A DNA stretch of 64,000 bases, taken from the IMG/VR virus record IMGVR_UViG_2851775564_000002, positions 34,219 to 98,218 of that record. One strand, given 5' to 3'. The position numbers were made by a program, and so were the translations under genes. Source of the DNA: a virus (Duplodnaviria > Caudoviricetes). Of this stretch, positions 10,146-18,703 are shown piece after piece. How positions within the stretch are numbered: the stretch's first letter is position 1; each line of letters starts with the position of its first letter. Below the pieces are notes generated by a model. That model did not search any database and was not told where the DNA came from. It saw only the letters and a program-made list of their open reading frames with translations.

Positions 10146-11109
10146 TGGAGCAATAGATATATATGATGAAACTGAGTTTCACTCATGGGTTAAAATGATT
10201 AATGTTACATTAGCAGAAAAGAATTATTGCAGCATGATTGAAGAACATAGTAGTGAGATGAATAATAGGAAAAATATAAATAAAGACAAGTATTTAGAAA
10301 ACCTACCTTTTAATATAAGATGGAAGCTGAAAGGGGAAATTTACACTTACTCAAATGTAAGAAAAACAGTTGTATTAGATATAGATACTTCAGAAAAAAT
10401 GAGGGATAAAACATATAGCTTTATGAGTGGTTTTATAAATAGCATTTATAAAATTGGTGGTGAAGTATATGTTGACAATATGCAAAATGCTGATAATACA
10501 ATATTTACGTTATTAGAGAGTAGATACAAATGTAGATTATATGAAAAGCAAGTTAAGTTAAGGGATAAGATAAAAATAGAGGAAAGAAAAATGAGACCTT
10601 TATACGATTTGGAATATACTGGTGATTTGTGCTTTCAAGTCTTTGGTGAAGAAATAAATAAAAAGGATACTTGGAAATTATTACAGACTATAGAGTTTTA
10701 TAAATCGCATACTATAGAAAATAAATTAATAGATTTGTTTTATAAATTAAGAGAAGATGCAATATCTAAAAAAATTATTATAGATCAAGAGATGGCAAAG
10801 CAACAACAAGAGAGGAAAAAAGAAATTAAACAATGGGAAGAAGAGAAGATGCGTGAAGATCAAGCCCATAAAGAAAAAGAAAAATTGCTAAAGAAACAAA
10901 AAATGCAAGAAAAAATAAAAAACCATATTGATAAATGGGAGAATATTAATAAAGTCTTAGAGTATGTTAATGATTTACGTAATATGTCAGGTATCAGTGA
11001 TAATAAAAGAAAACTAATTTTAAAGTATTGCGATTATGTTGAAAAGACCTATAGTAAATCAGAATTTTACGAAGAAATTTTAGAATTTTCACAAAACTTA
11101 GAATTGTAA
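10099..11109 (+). CDS. Hypothetical protein with C-terminal coiled coil (likely ATG at 10135)
   Basis: RBS AAGGCGGT before 10135; overlaps upstream stop; E/K/Q-rich helix. Confidence 0.6.
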   Translation: MLDLVLKKAVILMKSSGAIDIYDETEFHSWVKMINVTLAEKNYCSMIEEHSSEMNNRKNINKDKYLENLPFNIRWKLKGEIYTYSNVRKTVVLDIDTSEKMRDKTYSFMSGFINSIYKIGGEVYVDNMQNADNTIFTLLESRYKCRLYEKQVKLRDKIKIEERKMRPLYDLEYTGDLCFQVFGEEINKKDTWKLLQTIEFYKSHTIENKLIDLFYKLREDAISKKIIIDQEMAKQQQERKKEIKQWEEEKMREDQAHKEKEKLLKKQKMQEKIKNHIDKWENINKVLEYVNDLRNMSGISDNKRKLILKYCDYVEKTYSKSEFYEEILEFSQNLEL

Positions 11110-11122
11110 AGGAGAGATACAA

Positions 11123-12214
11123 ATGAAAATAACTATTAAAGATACTAATTTAGTTGATAAAGAGCTAGAAAAAAAGATTAGTAAAGAATTAGAAGATAAA
11201 GTTCAACAATTTGATAAGAACAAAAAATATACTATGGATTTGCAATTTACTGAAGATTTTATTATATGTGAGTCTGAAATAGATTCATATAAGATACCAG
11301 AAGAGTCGTTGCCACCATATCAAAGGGGAAAAGAATTAAAAGGCAAAGAGAAAATGTATGCATTATTAAGTTATAGAATTCATACTGTTATAAATATAGT
11401 TAAGGAATATGGAATAAGTTTGGGGAATTCAGGTATTAAAGGAATGCCGTTTATGGAATTTAATAAAATAGAACTATGTTTTTCAGAAGAAGATGTGCAG
11501 TTGGATAATAAATGCAAACGAAAAAAGGATAAGCAAATTACAGTTACTGCAATAATGCCAAGTTTTTCAGGGTTTATTAAAAATCTTGAATCTGCTTTCA
11601 AGGATATTGAAAATAGAATAGAAAAAGAATTAGAGAATGTATTTGATGATAAAAAAGAATATGATAAATATAAATCACTTGTTGATAAATTTGAGTTATA
11701 CAATATAGTAAGTGATTTTAAAAAAGAATATGGGAAAATGTGGATATATTCAAGGGAACATAAATCAGAATTGAAAAAGAAGTTTATAGAGACAATAAAA
11801 ATTAAAGCTGGAATTGTTTCAGATGATATATTAAAAGAGCAGATATTACAACCACTTGAGTTTAAAACAGTTGTAATATGTGAAATTCCTGTTTGTAAAA
11901 TAATTAAGAAAAATACTGGAGTAAATAAGTGTATTGGGCATATTAGATTATTAACAAATGGAAGAATAATTAATGTTAAGTATCAACCACATAGTAAGCC
12001 ATATGTAATACCAGATGAAGTTTTTGAAGAATGCATTGTTAGTGTCACATCTCAAAACAATAATAAAAAATTACTTAAGATAATAGAAGAACTTGTTAAT
12101 AAGGTTGATGAAATCTGCCAAGAGTTTGGATATGTACTTGAAAAGGATATAATTCACAATGTAATAGGATATATGGATATAAAGAGTATTATAAAAAAAG
12201 CTAGAGAAGCATAA
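11123..12214 (+). CDS. Hypothetical protein
   Basis: 363-aa ORF with RBS AAGGAGAG, 13 bp after previous gene. Confidence 0.6.
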   Translation: MKITIKDTNLVDKELEKKISKELEDKVQQFDKNKKYTMDLQFTEDFIICESEIDSYKIPEESLPPYQRGKELKGKEKMYALLSYRIHTVINIVKEYGISLGNSGIKGMPFMEFNKIELCFSEEDVQLDNKCKRKKDKQITVTAIMPSFSGFIKNLESAFKDIENRIEKELENVFDDKKEYDKYKSLVDKFELYNIVSDFKKEYGKMWIYSREHKSELKKKFIETIKIKAGIVSDDILKEQILQPLEFKTVVICEIPVCKIIKKNTGVNKCIGHIRLLTNGRIINVKYQPHSKPYVIPDEVFEECIVSVTSQNNNKKLLKIIEELVNKVDEICQEFGYVLEKDIIHNVIGYMDIKSIIKKAREA

Positions 12215-12314
12215 TGTGTAAGTTAATATAAAAAAAGTAATTAGTAAATATAAGTGCCGTACAGTAAATTCTATTTGACAAATATGAAATTTAGAGTAAT
12301 TACTAGATTACTAT

Positions 12315-12845
12315 TTGTTAAGGAGGAATAGAAAAATGACGAATGAGGAAAGAGATCAAATAATATTATTGAGATGCCAGGGTTTAAGTTATGAGAAGAT
12401 ATCAAAAGCATTAGGATTGAAGCGGGATACAATTAGGGCGTTTTGTAAAAGAAATGGTCTTAATGGTCAAGCAGCTGATATTAAAGAATCCCATAAAAAA
12501 ATAGTTATTGATGAATTCACATACAAGATTTGCCTTTATTGTGGGAAAAAACTTGAGCAAAAACAAACAGGCCGAAGAAAAAAATACTGCAGTATAGAAT
12601 GTAAAAGAGAATGGGAAAAAGGGCATAGAAAAATATATATTCTTAAATGCCAATATTGTGGCAAAGACTATGAGTCTAAAGGATTTAAAAATCGAAAATA
12701 TTGTAGCCATGAGTGCTATATTCGAGATAGGTTTTGGAGAGAAGAAGATGCTGCTGAGATTTTAAGAAAATTATTTAAAAGAGAAAGTATTCCTTCAATA
12801 CCTAAATGGGTAAAAGATTTATTGCTTAAAACAAATGATGAGTAA
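12315..12845 (+). CDS. HTH plus zinc-finger protein (likely ATG at 12336)
   Basis: GLSYEKISKALGL HTH; CxxC and YCSxxC pairs twice; RBS AAGGAGG. Confidence 0.75.
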   Translation: MLRRNRKMTNEERDQIILLRCQGLSYEKISKALGLKRDTIRAFCKRNGLNGQAADIKESHKKIVIDEFTYKICLYCGKKLEQKQTGRRKKYCSIECKREWEKGHRKIYILKCQYCGKDYESKGFKNRKYCSHECYIRDRFWREEDAAEILRKLFKRESIPSIPKWVKDLLLKTNDE

Positions 12846-13088
12846 AATTTTACTAGGGTAAAAAATAGTATTGAAAAGCCTTAGGGTTAGAATATGAGAA
12901 GTTAGTGTTTAGCCGAAAGTAGCTTTAAAGTTATAATTTCTAGCTTATTTTAATAAGATTTTTTATTTATAAGGCAATAATACATTAAAGAAGGATTGAA
13001 TTTGTTACACTTTTTAGTTCGACCCCCATTAAATACTAAAGCCCCCCGAAAAAAATATGCTTTTTGTGCGAAAATGTATTTACGGCTT

Positions 13089-13108
13089 GTCTACACACAT
13101 GTGGAGAC
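13089..13108. repeat. Serine-recombinase-type attR of prophage 1, imperfect IR around central CA
   Basis: GTCTACACA-CA-TGTGGAGAC, arms 8/9 complementary. Confidence 0.65.
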
Positions 13109-13111
13109 GGT
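13096..13111 (+). repeat. attL core of prophage 2
   Basis: CACATGTGGAGACGGT identical at 62766-62781; next to tyrosine integrase 3' end. Confidence 0.9.
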
Positions 13112-13133
13112 TGTTAAACTATCTAGGAAATAA
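13098..13133 (+). pseudogene. rlmD: Orphan 3' end of 23S rRNA m5U methyltransferase gene (HVETVVKLSRK*)
   Basis: Matches the RlmD/RumA C-terminal motif (DMFPxTx)HVETV; no upstream gene body in frame. Confidence 0.75.
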
Positions 13134-13170
13134 GCGGTATTACAAAGCATATAAAGATTTTTAAACACAA

Positions 13171-13212
13171 AATTCCTACATTCTTCCGACTAAAATTTTA
13201 TAATGTCGGAAG
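13171..13212. promoter_or_regulatory. Putative integrase arm-type sites, left
   Basis: TTCCTACA, CTTCCGAC and inverted TGTCGGAAG; same motif set at 62586-62621. Confidence 0.6.
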
Positions 13213-14355
13213 TTTTTTTAATACTTCATTTTTTAGTATATTTATAGTATTATTTTTCATCTTTTTTGTAACATGAGAATAAGTATCCATTGTAGTTGAT
13301 ATTTTGCTGTGACCAAGTCGTTTCTGAATTTCTTTAGGTTGTGCACCTGATTCTAAAAGCATGGTAGCATGAGTATGCCTTAATGAATGAAAGTGAAATT
13401 TTATTCCAAGCTCATAATTGACTACACGGCTTAAATACTTTAAACTACCGGTAGTTATAGGTTCACCATTTTCTTTAGTACAGACAAAATTAGAATTTGC
13501 ATAATATCTTCCGTATTTTAATTTATTTTCTTTCTGCCATGTTTGATGGCGCTTTAAAATTTTAACTAAGGTATCTCCAATATCAATAGTTCTATGAGAA
13601 CTTTTAGTTTTTGGAGTACCAAACTCCCATATGCCCTTACCTTTGCCAATTAATATTTTTTCAACCCTTATATTTTTGTTTTCTAGATCAACACAACCCC
13701 AAGTAAGCCCACAAACTTCTGCAGCTCTCATTCCAGTATTAAAAGCTATCTGCAGTGGAATATAGAAATTGCTTCCTTGTGGAAATCTTTTAAGTATTGT
13801 TTTAAATTGATCTATTGTAATTATTTTTAGCTTATCTTCATTTTCGATATTATCAAACTTTGGCATTTTTACATATATCATAGGACTTTGTTTTATGAAC
13901 TGATAAGGATACACAGCTTGCTTCAATGCCCCTGAAAGTACACCATAAAATCCACGTATAGAGTTTTTACTGAATCCTTCTACATACTTCTTGTTTAAGA
14001 AGCCTTGCAGTGTACTTGGCTTTAAAGTCTTTAATCTATAGGATCCCAAAGCTGGTTTTATATGTTTATTAATAATTCTTTTGTAATCTTGCTGGGTATT
14101 GTATTTAAGATTTACAAGTACGTATTCCTTGTACCAATAGTCAAAATAATCCGCTGTGGAAATATTACTTTCGTCAACTACAGAACCACATTTTTCAAAT
14201 TCATTTAAAGCTTGTCTTAAAGCTTTTTCGGCTTCGGCTTTAGTCGATCCTCCAGCGCGTTCAACTCTTTTCCTTTTTCCATTTACTCGACCAACCTCAA
14301 AACTATAATACCATTTACCACCTTTTTTTCTAACTGAGCCTTGCACTATGATCAT
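13198..14355 (-). CDS. int: Tyrosine integrase (likely GTG at 14346)
   Basis: Arm-binding N-terminus; TGMRAAE, HSLRHTHAT, RLGH, TYSH catalytic residues. Confidence 0.96.
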   Translation of the reverse strand: MIIVQGSVRKKGGKWYYSFEVGRVNGKRKRVERAGGSTKAEAEKALRQALNEFEKCGSVVDESNISTADYFDYWYKEYVLVNLKYNTQQDYKRIINKHIKPALGSYRLKTLKPSTLQGFLNKKYVEGFSKNSIRGFYGVLSGALKQAVYPYQFIKQSPMIYVKMPKFDNIENEDKLKIITIDQFKTILKRFPQGSNFYIPLQIAFNTGMRAAEVCGLTWGCVDLENKNIRVEKILIGKGKGIWEFGTPKTKSSHRTIDIGDTLVKILKRHQTWQKENKLKYGRYYANSNFVCTKENGEPITTGSLKYLSRVVNYELGIKFHFHSLRHTHATMLLESGAQPKEIQKRLGHSKISTTMDTYSHVTKKMKNNTINILKNEVLKKLPTL

Positions 14356-14370
14356 CCTTTCTTATTAAAT

Positions 14371-14388
14371 TAGGAACACATGTTCCTA
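14371..14388. promoter_or_regulatory. Firmicutes LexA (Cheo) box-like palindrome upstream of int
   Basis: TAGGAACACATGTTCCTA contains GAAC-N4-GTTC. Confidence 0.65.
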
Positions 14389-14438
14389 CAAATATTAAAA
14401 ATATATAGGAGATTAACTCCTATGAATATATTTTATAT

Positions 14439-14747
14439 CTAAACTGATTTACGTCTTAATGTTCTTATTTCAGCTTCATGTGCGCCATACATTTCAAGCA
14501 GAGATTTATTTGTTTCATTTAAATCAGAAGAATTCTTATCTATATTATTAGACATATTTTTAACCGTACCTTGAAGCTCTGCAACTTGATGAGTTAAATT
14601 ACTAATATCGGTTTTATGCACTTCTGAATTATGTTCCAAAGCCTTAAGAATTTGAGTGCTTTCATTAAGTTGAGATTTAATAGGTGATAGTTCCTGTCTT
14701 AATAGTTGTTTGATGGCAGACAAAGTTTCCTTATCCGTTAATATCAT
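14439..14747 (-). CDS. Coiled-coil hypothetical protein, paralog of 18425-18691
   Basis: Shared SQ(L/I)NE.TQILKALEH.S..HK motif. Confidence 0.7.
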   Translation of the reverse strand: MILTDKETLSAIKQLLRQELSPIKSQLNESTQILKALEHNSEVHKTDISNLTHQVAELQGTVKNMSNNIDKNSSDLNETNKSLLEMYGAHEAEIRTLRRKSV

Positions 14748-14785
14748 TCCTTTCTATGATTTAGTATAATCTGTGTTTGGTAAAT

Positions 14786-15598
14786 TTATACTGATAGTTC
14801 TCTATATATTGCGATAGGTCGTATTACATTTGCATTATTTTTTAATACCATTGAAGCAAATACAGAGTTAGTACCATCAATAATACCTTTAAACTCTTCT
14901 GTCATGTTGTTTATAGTATTAAGTTCAGTAACATCTAGTATTCCGATTATAGTCCAAATGCTTGGGATAATATTCCCGTATGATCTAAATAAATCATCAG
15001 GAGATATTGTTAAATATTCTTTGTTTATAATACAAGTAGCGGTTTCATCTGTAGTTGTCTCTACTGAAAACTCCAATCCGTAAGGAATCATTTTTATGAT
15101 ATCCTGTATAGCTTTGCCTAAAGTATTATTTTTATTTTTCCCGCGCATATTTGGATTTATAGGTGTATTAAATTCGGGAACCAATTTGTTCTTTTCAATA
15201 AATGGAAATATTTGATCTATGATATTATAATCACGGTACGTTAGTTTGCCTTTAGTTGCAATTATAGAACCTTCATGAGCATCACTTAATGAATGAATAG
15301 TCAAGTTAAATCGTTGTAGTAACTCAAGCACTTTGTAATCATATGGATTTATGTTTTTTGTAATGTTTTGAGTATCTGAGCGTTTTGAAGATGTTGATCC
15401 GCTAGCAATTTTAATGCTACCTCCAATATTATTAGAACTTTCGTCAGCACATATTTCAGATTTACTAAGAGTCATTATGTCGCCGCCAAAAATCTGAGAG
15501 TAAAATGAATTTATTAGGTTTGTATCTTTATATAAGAAATCTATTAAGGTAATTTCTTCGCTATTTTCGTATTGTTCTTGTTTCCCCATTTTTCCCAC
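14786..15598 (-). CDS. Conserved prophage hypothetical protein (DUF6414-like)
   Basis: DFLYKD..LINSFYSQIFGG start and RPIAIYRE end, recalled family pattern. Confidence 0.55.
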   Translation of the reverse strand: MGKMGKQEQYENSEEITLIDFLYKDTNLINSFYSQIFGGDIMTLSKSEICADESSNNIGGSIKIASGSTSSKRSDTQNITKNINPYDYKVLELLQRFNLTIHSLSDAHEGSIIATKGKLTYRDYNIIDQIFPFIEKNKLVPEFNTPINPNMRGKNKNNTLGKAIQDIIKMIPYGLEFSVETTTDETATCIINKEYLTISPDDLFRSYGNIIPSIWTIIGILDVTELNTINNMTEEFKGIIDGTNSVFASMVLKNNANVIRPIAIYRELSV

Positions 15599-15693
15599 TC
15601 CTTATTAAATGCAGTGGTTTTCCTATCAAGATCATCTGTAGTTTGATGTTGCTGCTTTTTTATGTCATTAATTAATTTCTTGAATTTAAACAT
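15544..15693 (-). CDS. 49-aa ORF not in the ORF track (MFKFKKLIND...), overlapping the next gene
   Basis: RBS GAGGTG, ATG at 15693, TAA at 15544-15546. Confidence 0.55.
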   Translation of the reverse strand: MFKFKKLINDIKKQQHQTTDDLDRKTTAFNKEWEKWGNKNNTKIAKKLP

Positions 15694-15774
15694 AATAAAC
15701 ACCTCAACGTTATTACTTTATATTATTTATTATAGACTATCAAGTAAGAATACCAAAGTGTATTTTTTATTAAT

Positions 15775-15906
15775 TTATTTTTCAAATTTATACTTAACCA
15801 ATTGTTCAGGAACACCATAATAGTCAGCTAGTTGATTTATGCATATGTTTTCCAAACAACATTTATCTATATCTTTATCATTAATTAATAGTTCTACCGC
15901 AAACTT
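15775..15906 (-). pseudogene. C-terminal remnant of an ImmA/IrrE-family peptidase
   Basis: KFAVELLI...NQLADYYGVPEQLV, no start or HExxH. Confidence 0.65.
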
Positions 15907-15971
15907 ATATAATAACTTAATCTATATATCTATTTAGAACTTCAATTAATTTATCAGAGTATGAGTATAAA

Positions 15972-16301
15972 TTACCTATATAACTTTTCTGCCATAGCAT
16001 CAGCATTCCGTTCCATATATGTATATTGCATATCCAAACCTATCATATATCCAAGATGTGGCATATCGTCAGCTATGTGCTTAATTTCATGTATGAAAGT
16101 TTTACATTGAGTCTTATAATTTACTTCACCGTTTAAAATAAGATGATAATTTCCTCTTTTACTTAAATAGACAAATCCTAATATACTAGATGGTAGATTG
16201 CAGGCTATAGTAGTTTTTATATCAAATGCATTCATAGCTTCATAAAAAGGAATATCTTCATTTAAAAGGGCCTTTAGCAAAGGCTTGTCCAATATATCCA
16301 T
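15972..16301 (-). CDS. Short ImmA/IrrE-like metallopeptidase
   Basis: GFVY..ILN..HEIKH..E.NAD; downstream of the repressor. Confidence 0.75.
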   Translation of the reverse strand: MDILDKPLLKALLNEDIPFYEAMNAFDIKTTIACNLPSSILGFVYLSKRGNYHLILNGEVNYKTQCKTFIHEIKHIADDMPHLGYMIGLDMQYTYMERNADAMAEKLYR

Positions 16302-16328
16302 AATGTCATCCCCTTTAATGATTTATAT

Positions 16329-17474
16329 TTATTTAAATAATGACTTTAGTTTTGCAAAGAATCCTTTATCTTTCTTTGTATTTGTACAATCTTTTTGTGA
16401 ATCAATAGATATATTTAATTTAAAAGCAACATTATGATTTGTTGGTTGAATCCCATTATATGATTTTTGCCATTCCTTATTTTTTCTTAAATCTATTGTA
16501 TCAGGTAAAGAATCTACAACAGATTTAATGTTTTCAATAGAAAAGCAAGGACACATTACATATGGCAATGAATATGTTTTAATTCTTTCTAGTATAGCTT
16601 GTTTATTAACACGCCATATTGAAGAAGTTATAAAATCACCTATTGTCCACCAAGGATGATTGTAGGCACTTATTTGAAGTCTATGACATCCAAAAGGATT
16701 CGCCGTCATTTCACTAGCTCCAAAACAAAAATCAGGATTACCCGATCTACATTTATCACCATAACAATAATTTAATCCACCAATTATTTTTCTATCCATA
16801 ATAGTTCCATTTATTATAACAAAACAAGATTTCCAATTACTTACTAACTCATATAATTTTATAAATTGTAAGTATTCTGTAGGTTTATTTGAGTAAACAG
16901 CTTGGTATAAAATCTTATTACTAACGTTATTTTCAATATATTGTGGTGCACTTTGGGCAAGTGCTAATGCTTGAGAAAAACTTGGAGACCTAGATTCTCC
17001 AAAAGATATACTTACATACCAGTCGGGAAATTTGATATTTTTAGTAGAGATTTCTTTTGCTTCAATTGGTGTAATGGTTGTTGCTGAAGAATGTTTTACC
17101 GGTTTATTTGTAGTTCTATTTTTAGGGATAGCAACCTTAGAGTTTTTTTGTTTTTCTATTTTATTATTTAATCTGTTTAACCTATGTTCAAACATATCAG
17201 GTCTACAGTTAAAGTATTCTTTCCAAGGAACATTAATAGCTCTTTTACATATTTCAGCCGCTTCCTTGTACATTTTTCTACGTTCAAGTATTATTGCAGG
17301 CCTTTCATAATAATCAATTCCCCTAGGGCTATATCTATTTAATATATTAAGATATATCTTTAACGCCTCATCTTCCTTTTTTAATTTTTCCAAACTCCTA
17401 GCTTTTTCATATAAATTAAAGTATATTGAAAAATTTTCATCTTCAAAATACATAGTTTTCAACCTCCAATGCAA
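16329..17474 (-). CDS. TPR-like plus Cys-rich hypothetical protein in lysogeny module (likely ATG at 17453)
   Basis: N-terminal TPR-like helices; CYGDKC..FC..NPFGCH..CPC; RBS GGAGG. Confidence 0.65.
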   Translation of the reverse strand: MHWRLKTMYFEDENFSIYFNLYEKARSLEKLKKEDEALKIYLNILNRYSPRGIDYYERPAIILERRKMYKEAAEICKRAINVPWKEYFNCRPDMFEHRLNRLNNKIEKQKNSKVAIPKNRTTNKPVKHSSATTITPIEAKEISTKNIKFPDWYVSISFGESRSPSFSQALALAQSAPQYIENNVSNKILYQAVYSNKPTEYLQFIKLYELVSNWKSCFVIINGTIMDRKIIGGLNYCYGDKCRSGNPDFCFGASEMTANPFGCHRLQISAYNHPWWTIGDFITSSIWRVNKQAILERIKTYSLPYVMCPCFSIENIKSVVDSLPDTIDLRKNKEWQKSYNGIQPTNHNVAFKLNISIDSQKDCTNTKKDKGFFAKLKSLFK

Positions 17475-17502
17475 ATAGGTCTAAGTTAAAATTATATGTT
17501 TT

Positions 17503-17955
17503 TTAACCATCATTTCTATCTTCTTCATCTTCGATAGCTTTTATAATTCTAATTATTTTCTTTATGTCATTAGAATCCATGTTCTTTGTTTGTTTGAAGA
17601 GTAATTTTAAATCTTCTCTTTCTTTTAATAGATTCCAGAATTCAGATAGTTCTGGATCATCATCTAATGATTTTGATATTTTTTCAACTGGTGTATCTTT
17701 TTTTTGAGCAGATAGAGTTCTATCGTCTGAATTTCCAAGAAGATAGTCTGTAGAAACATTATAGTAATTAGCAAGCTGATTTATAAAATCAGCATTTGGA
17801 GTTCTTAAGTTATTTTCATATCTTGACAAAGTTGATTTAGTTGTATTTAATGCTTTAGACAGTTCTTCTAAAGTAACATTTTTTTCGTTTCTAAGTTTTT
17901 TCATTCTTTGATTAAAAGTTGCCATAATAACACCTCTTTGAACTAATGATAACAT
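17503..17955 (-). CDS. CI/ImmR-like XRE repressor 1 (likely ATG at 17925)
   Basis: HTH TLEELSK..STLSRYENN..VSTDYLLG; no S24 self-cleavage domain. Confidence 0.9.
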   Translation of the reverse strand: MLSLVQRGVIMATFNQRMKKLRNEKNVTLEELSKALNTTKSTLSRYENNLRTPNADFINQLANYYNVSTDYLLGNSDDRTLSAQKKDTPVEKISKSLDDDPELSEFWNLLKEREDLKLLFKQTKNMDSNDIKKIIRIIKAIEDEEDRNDG

Positions 17956-18062
17956 TTAGTTGCCAAAAATAACAACTAAGTTGCCAAAAATAAAATATAT
18001 TTATTAAAATTCATTGACAAGTTGCCAAATGTATAATATAATGAAGTTACCAAATAGATAAC
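17918..18062. promoter_or_regulatory. Switch 1: operator array and consensus sigmaA promoter
   Basis: GTTRCCA(A/T)A at 17918, 17959, 17980, 18021, 18046 (and 18292); TTGACA 18014 - 17 nt - TATAAT 18037. Confidence 0.85.
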
Positions 18063-18075
18063 AAAAGGAAACGAG

Positions 18076-18303
18076 GTGGGAGTATTGCAAAAAAGAAAAG
18101 CTAACTTTAAATTGAAAGGATTAAGGGTAGAACATAATTTAAAACAGTCCGATATAGCTAAAAAAATTGGTATAGCAGAATCTACCTATAATAGAAAAGA
18201 AAACGGATATACTGATTTTTCAGCAACTGAAATGTATAAAATCAGCAAAGTTTTTAAAAAAGATCCTGCGTTTATTTTCTTTGATAATAAGGTTGCCAAA
18301 TAG
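18076..18303 (+). CDS. Cro-like HTH protein 1
   Basis: QSDIAKKIGIAESTYNRKENG; divergent from repressor 1. Confidence 0.88.
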   Translation: MGVLQKRKANFKLKGLRVEHNLKQSDIAKKIGIAESTYNRKENGYTDFSATEMYKISKVFKKDPAFIFFDNKVAK

Positions 18304-18308
18304 ATAAC

Positions 18309-18388
18309 AAAAGGAGGTAGCGAGCTAATGGATAAACAGTCAGAGCAAAGAATCAAGCAACTTGGGCAAAGGGTAGCTGTACTTGAAG
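18309..18388 (+). repeat. 80-bp imperfect direct repeat, copy 1 (contains start of 27-aa ORF 18328-18411)
   Basis: 70/80 identical to 19388-19467, first 30 bp identical. Confidence 0.85.
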
Positions 18389-18424
18389 AAGATATTAAAG
18401 CACAGCCTTAGGATTTTAATAAGT

Positions 18425-18691
18425 TTATTTAACAGATTTCAAATAAGCTATATCCATAATATTTTTACCTGTTGCAGTCTCAACAAAATTTAGATCCTTT
18501 GATATGGTATCAACCTTAGAGGTTAAAGTTTCGATTTTACCTTCAACTGATGCAGTTCTGTGGTTGAGTTGATCAAGTAACGCTTTATGTTCTTGCGAAC
18601 TATGTTCAAGAGCTTTGAGTATTTGAGTATTTTCATTAATTTGAGATTGCATTGATTCAAGGATTTTTAATATTTTTTCTTCATTATTCAT
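18425..18691 (-). CDS. Coiled-coil hypothetical protein, paralog of 14439-14747
   Basis: TQILKALEH motif; 12 bp downstream of repressor 2. Confidence 0.7.
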   Translation of the reverse strand: MNNEEKILKILESMQSQINENTQILKALEHSSQEHKALLDQLNHRTASVEGKIETLTSKVDTISKDLNFVETATGKNIMDIAYLKSVK

Positions 18692-18703
18692 GATAACGCT
18701 CCT

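Larger units (their letters stand above)
1..13099 (+). mobile_element. Right end of prophage 1 (large serine recombinase type); left end outside window
   Basis: Gene order tail, holin, amidase, two serine recombinases; ends at inverted repeat GTCTACACA-CA-TGTGGAGAC abutting an rlmD 3' fragment. Confidence 0.85.
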
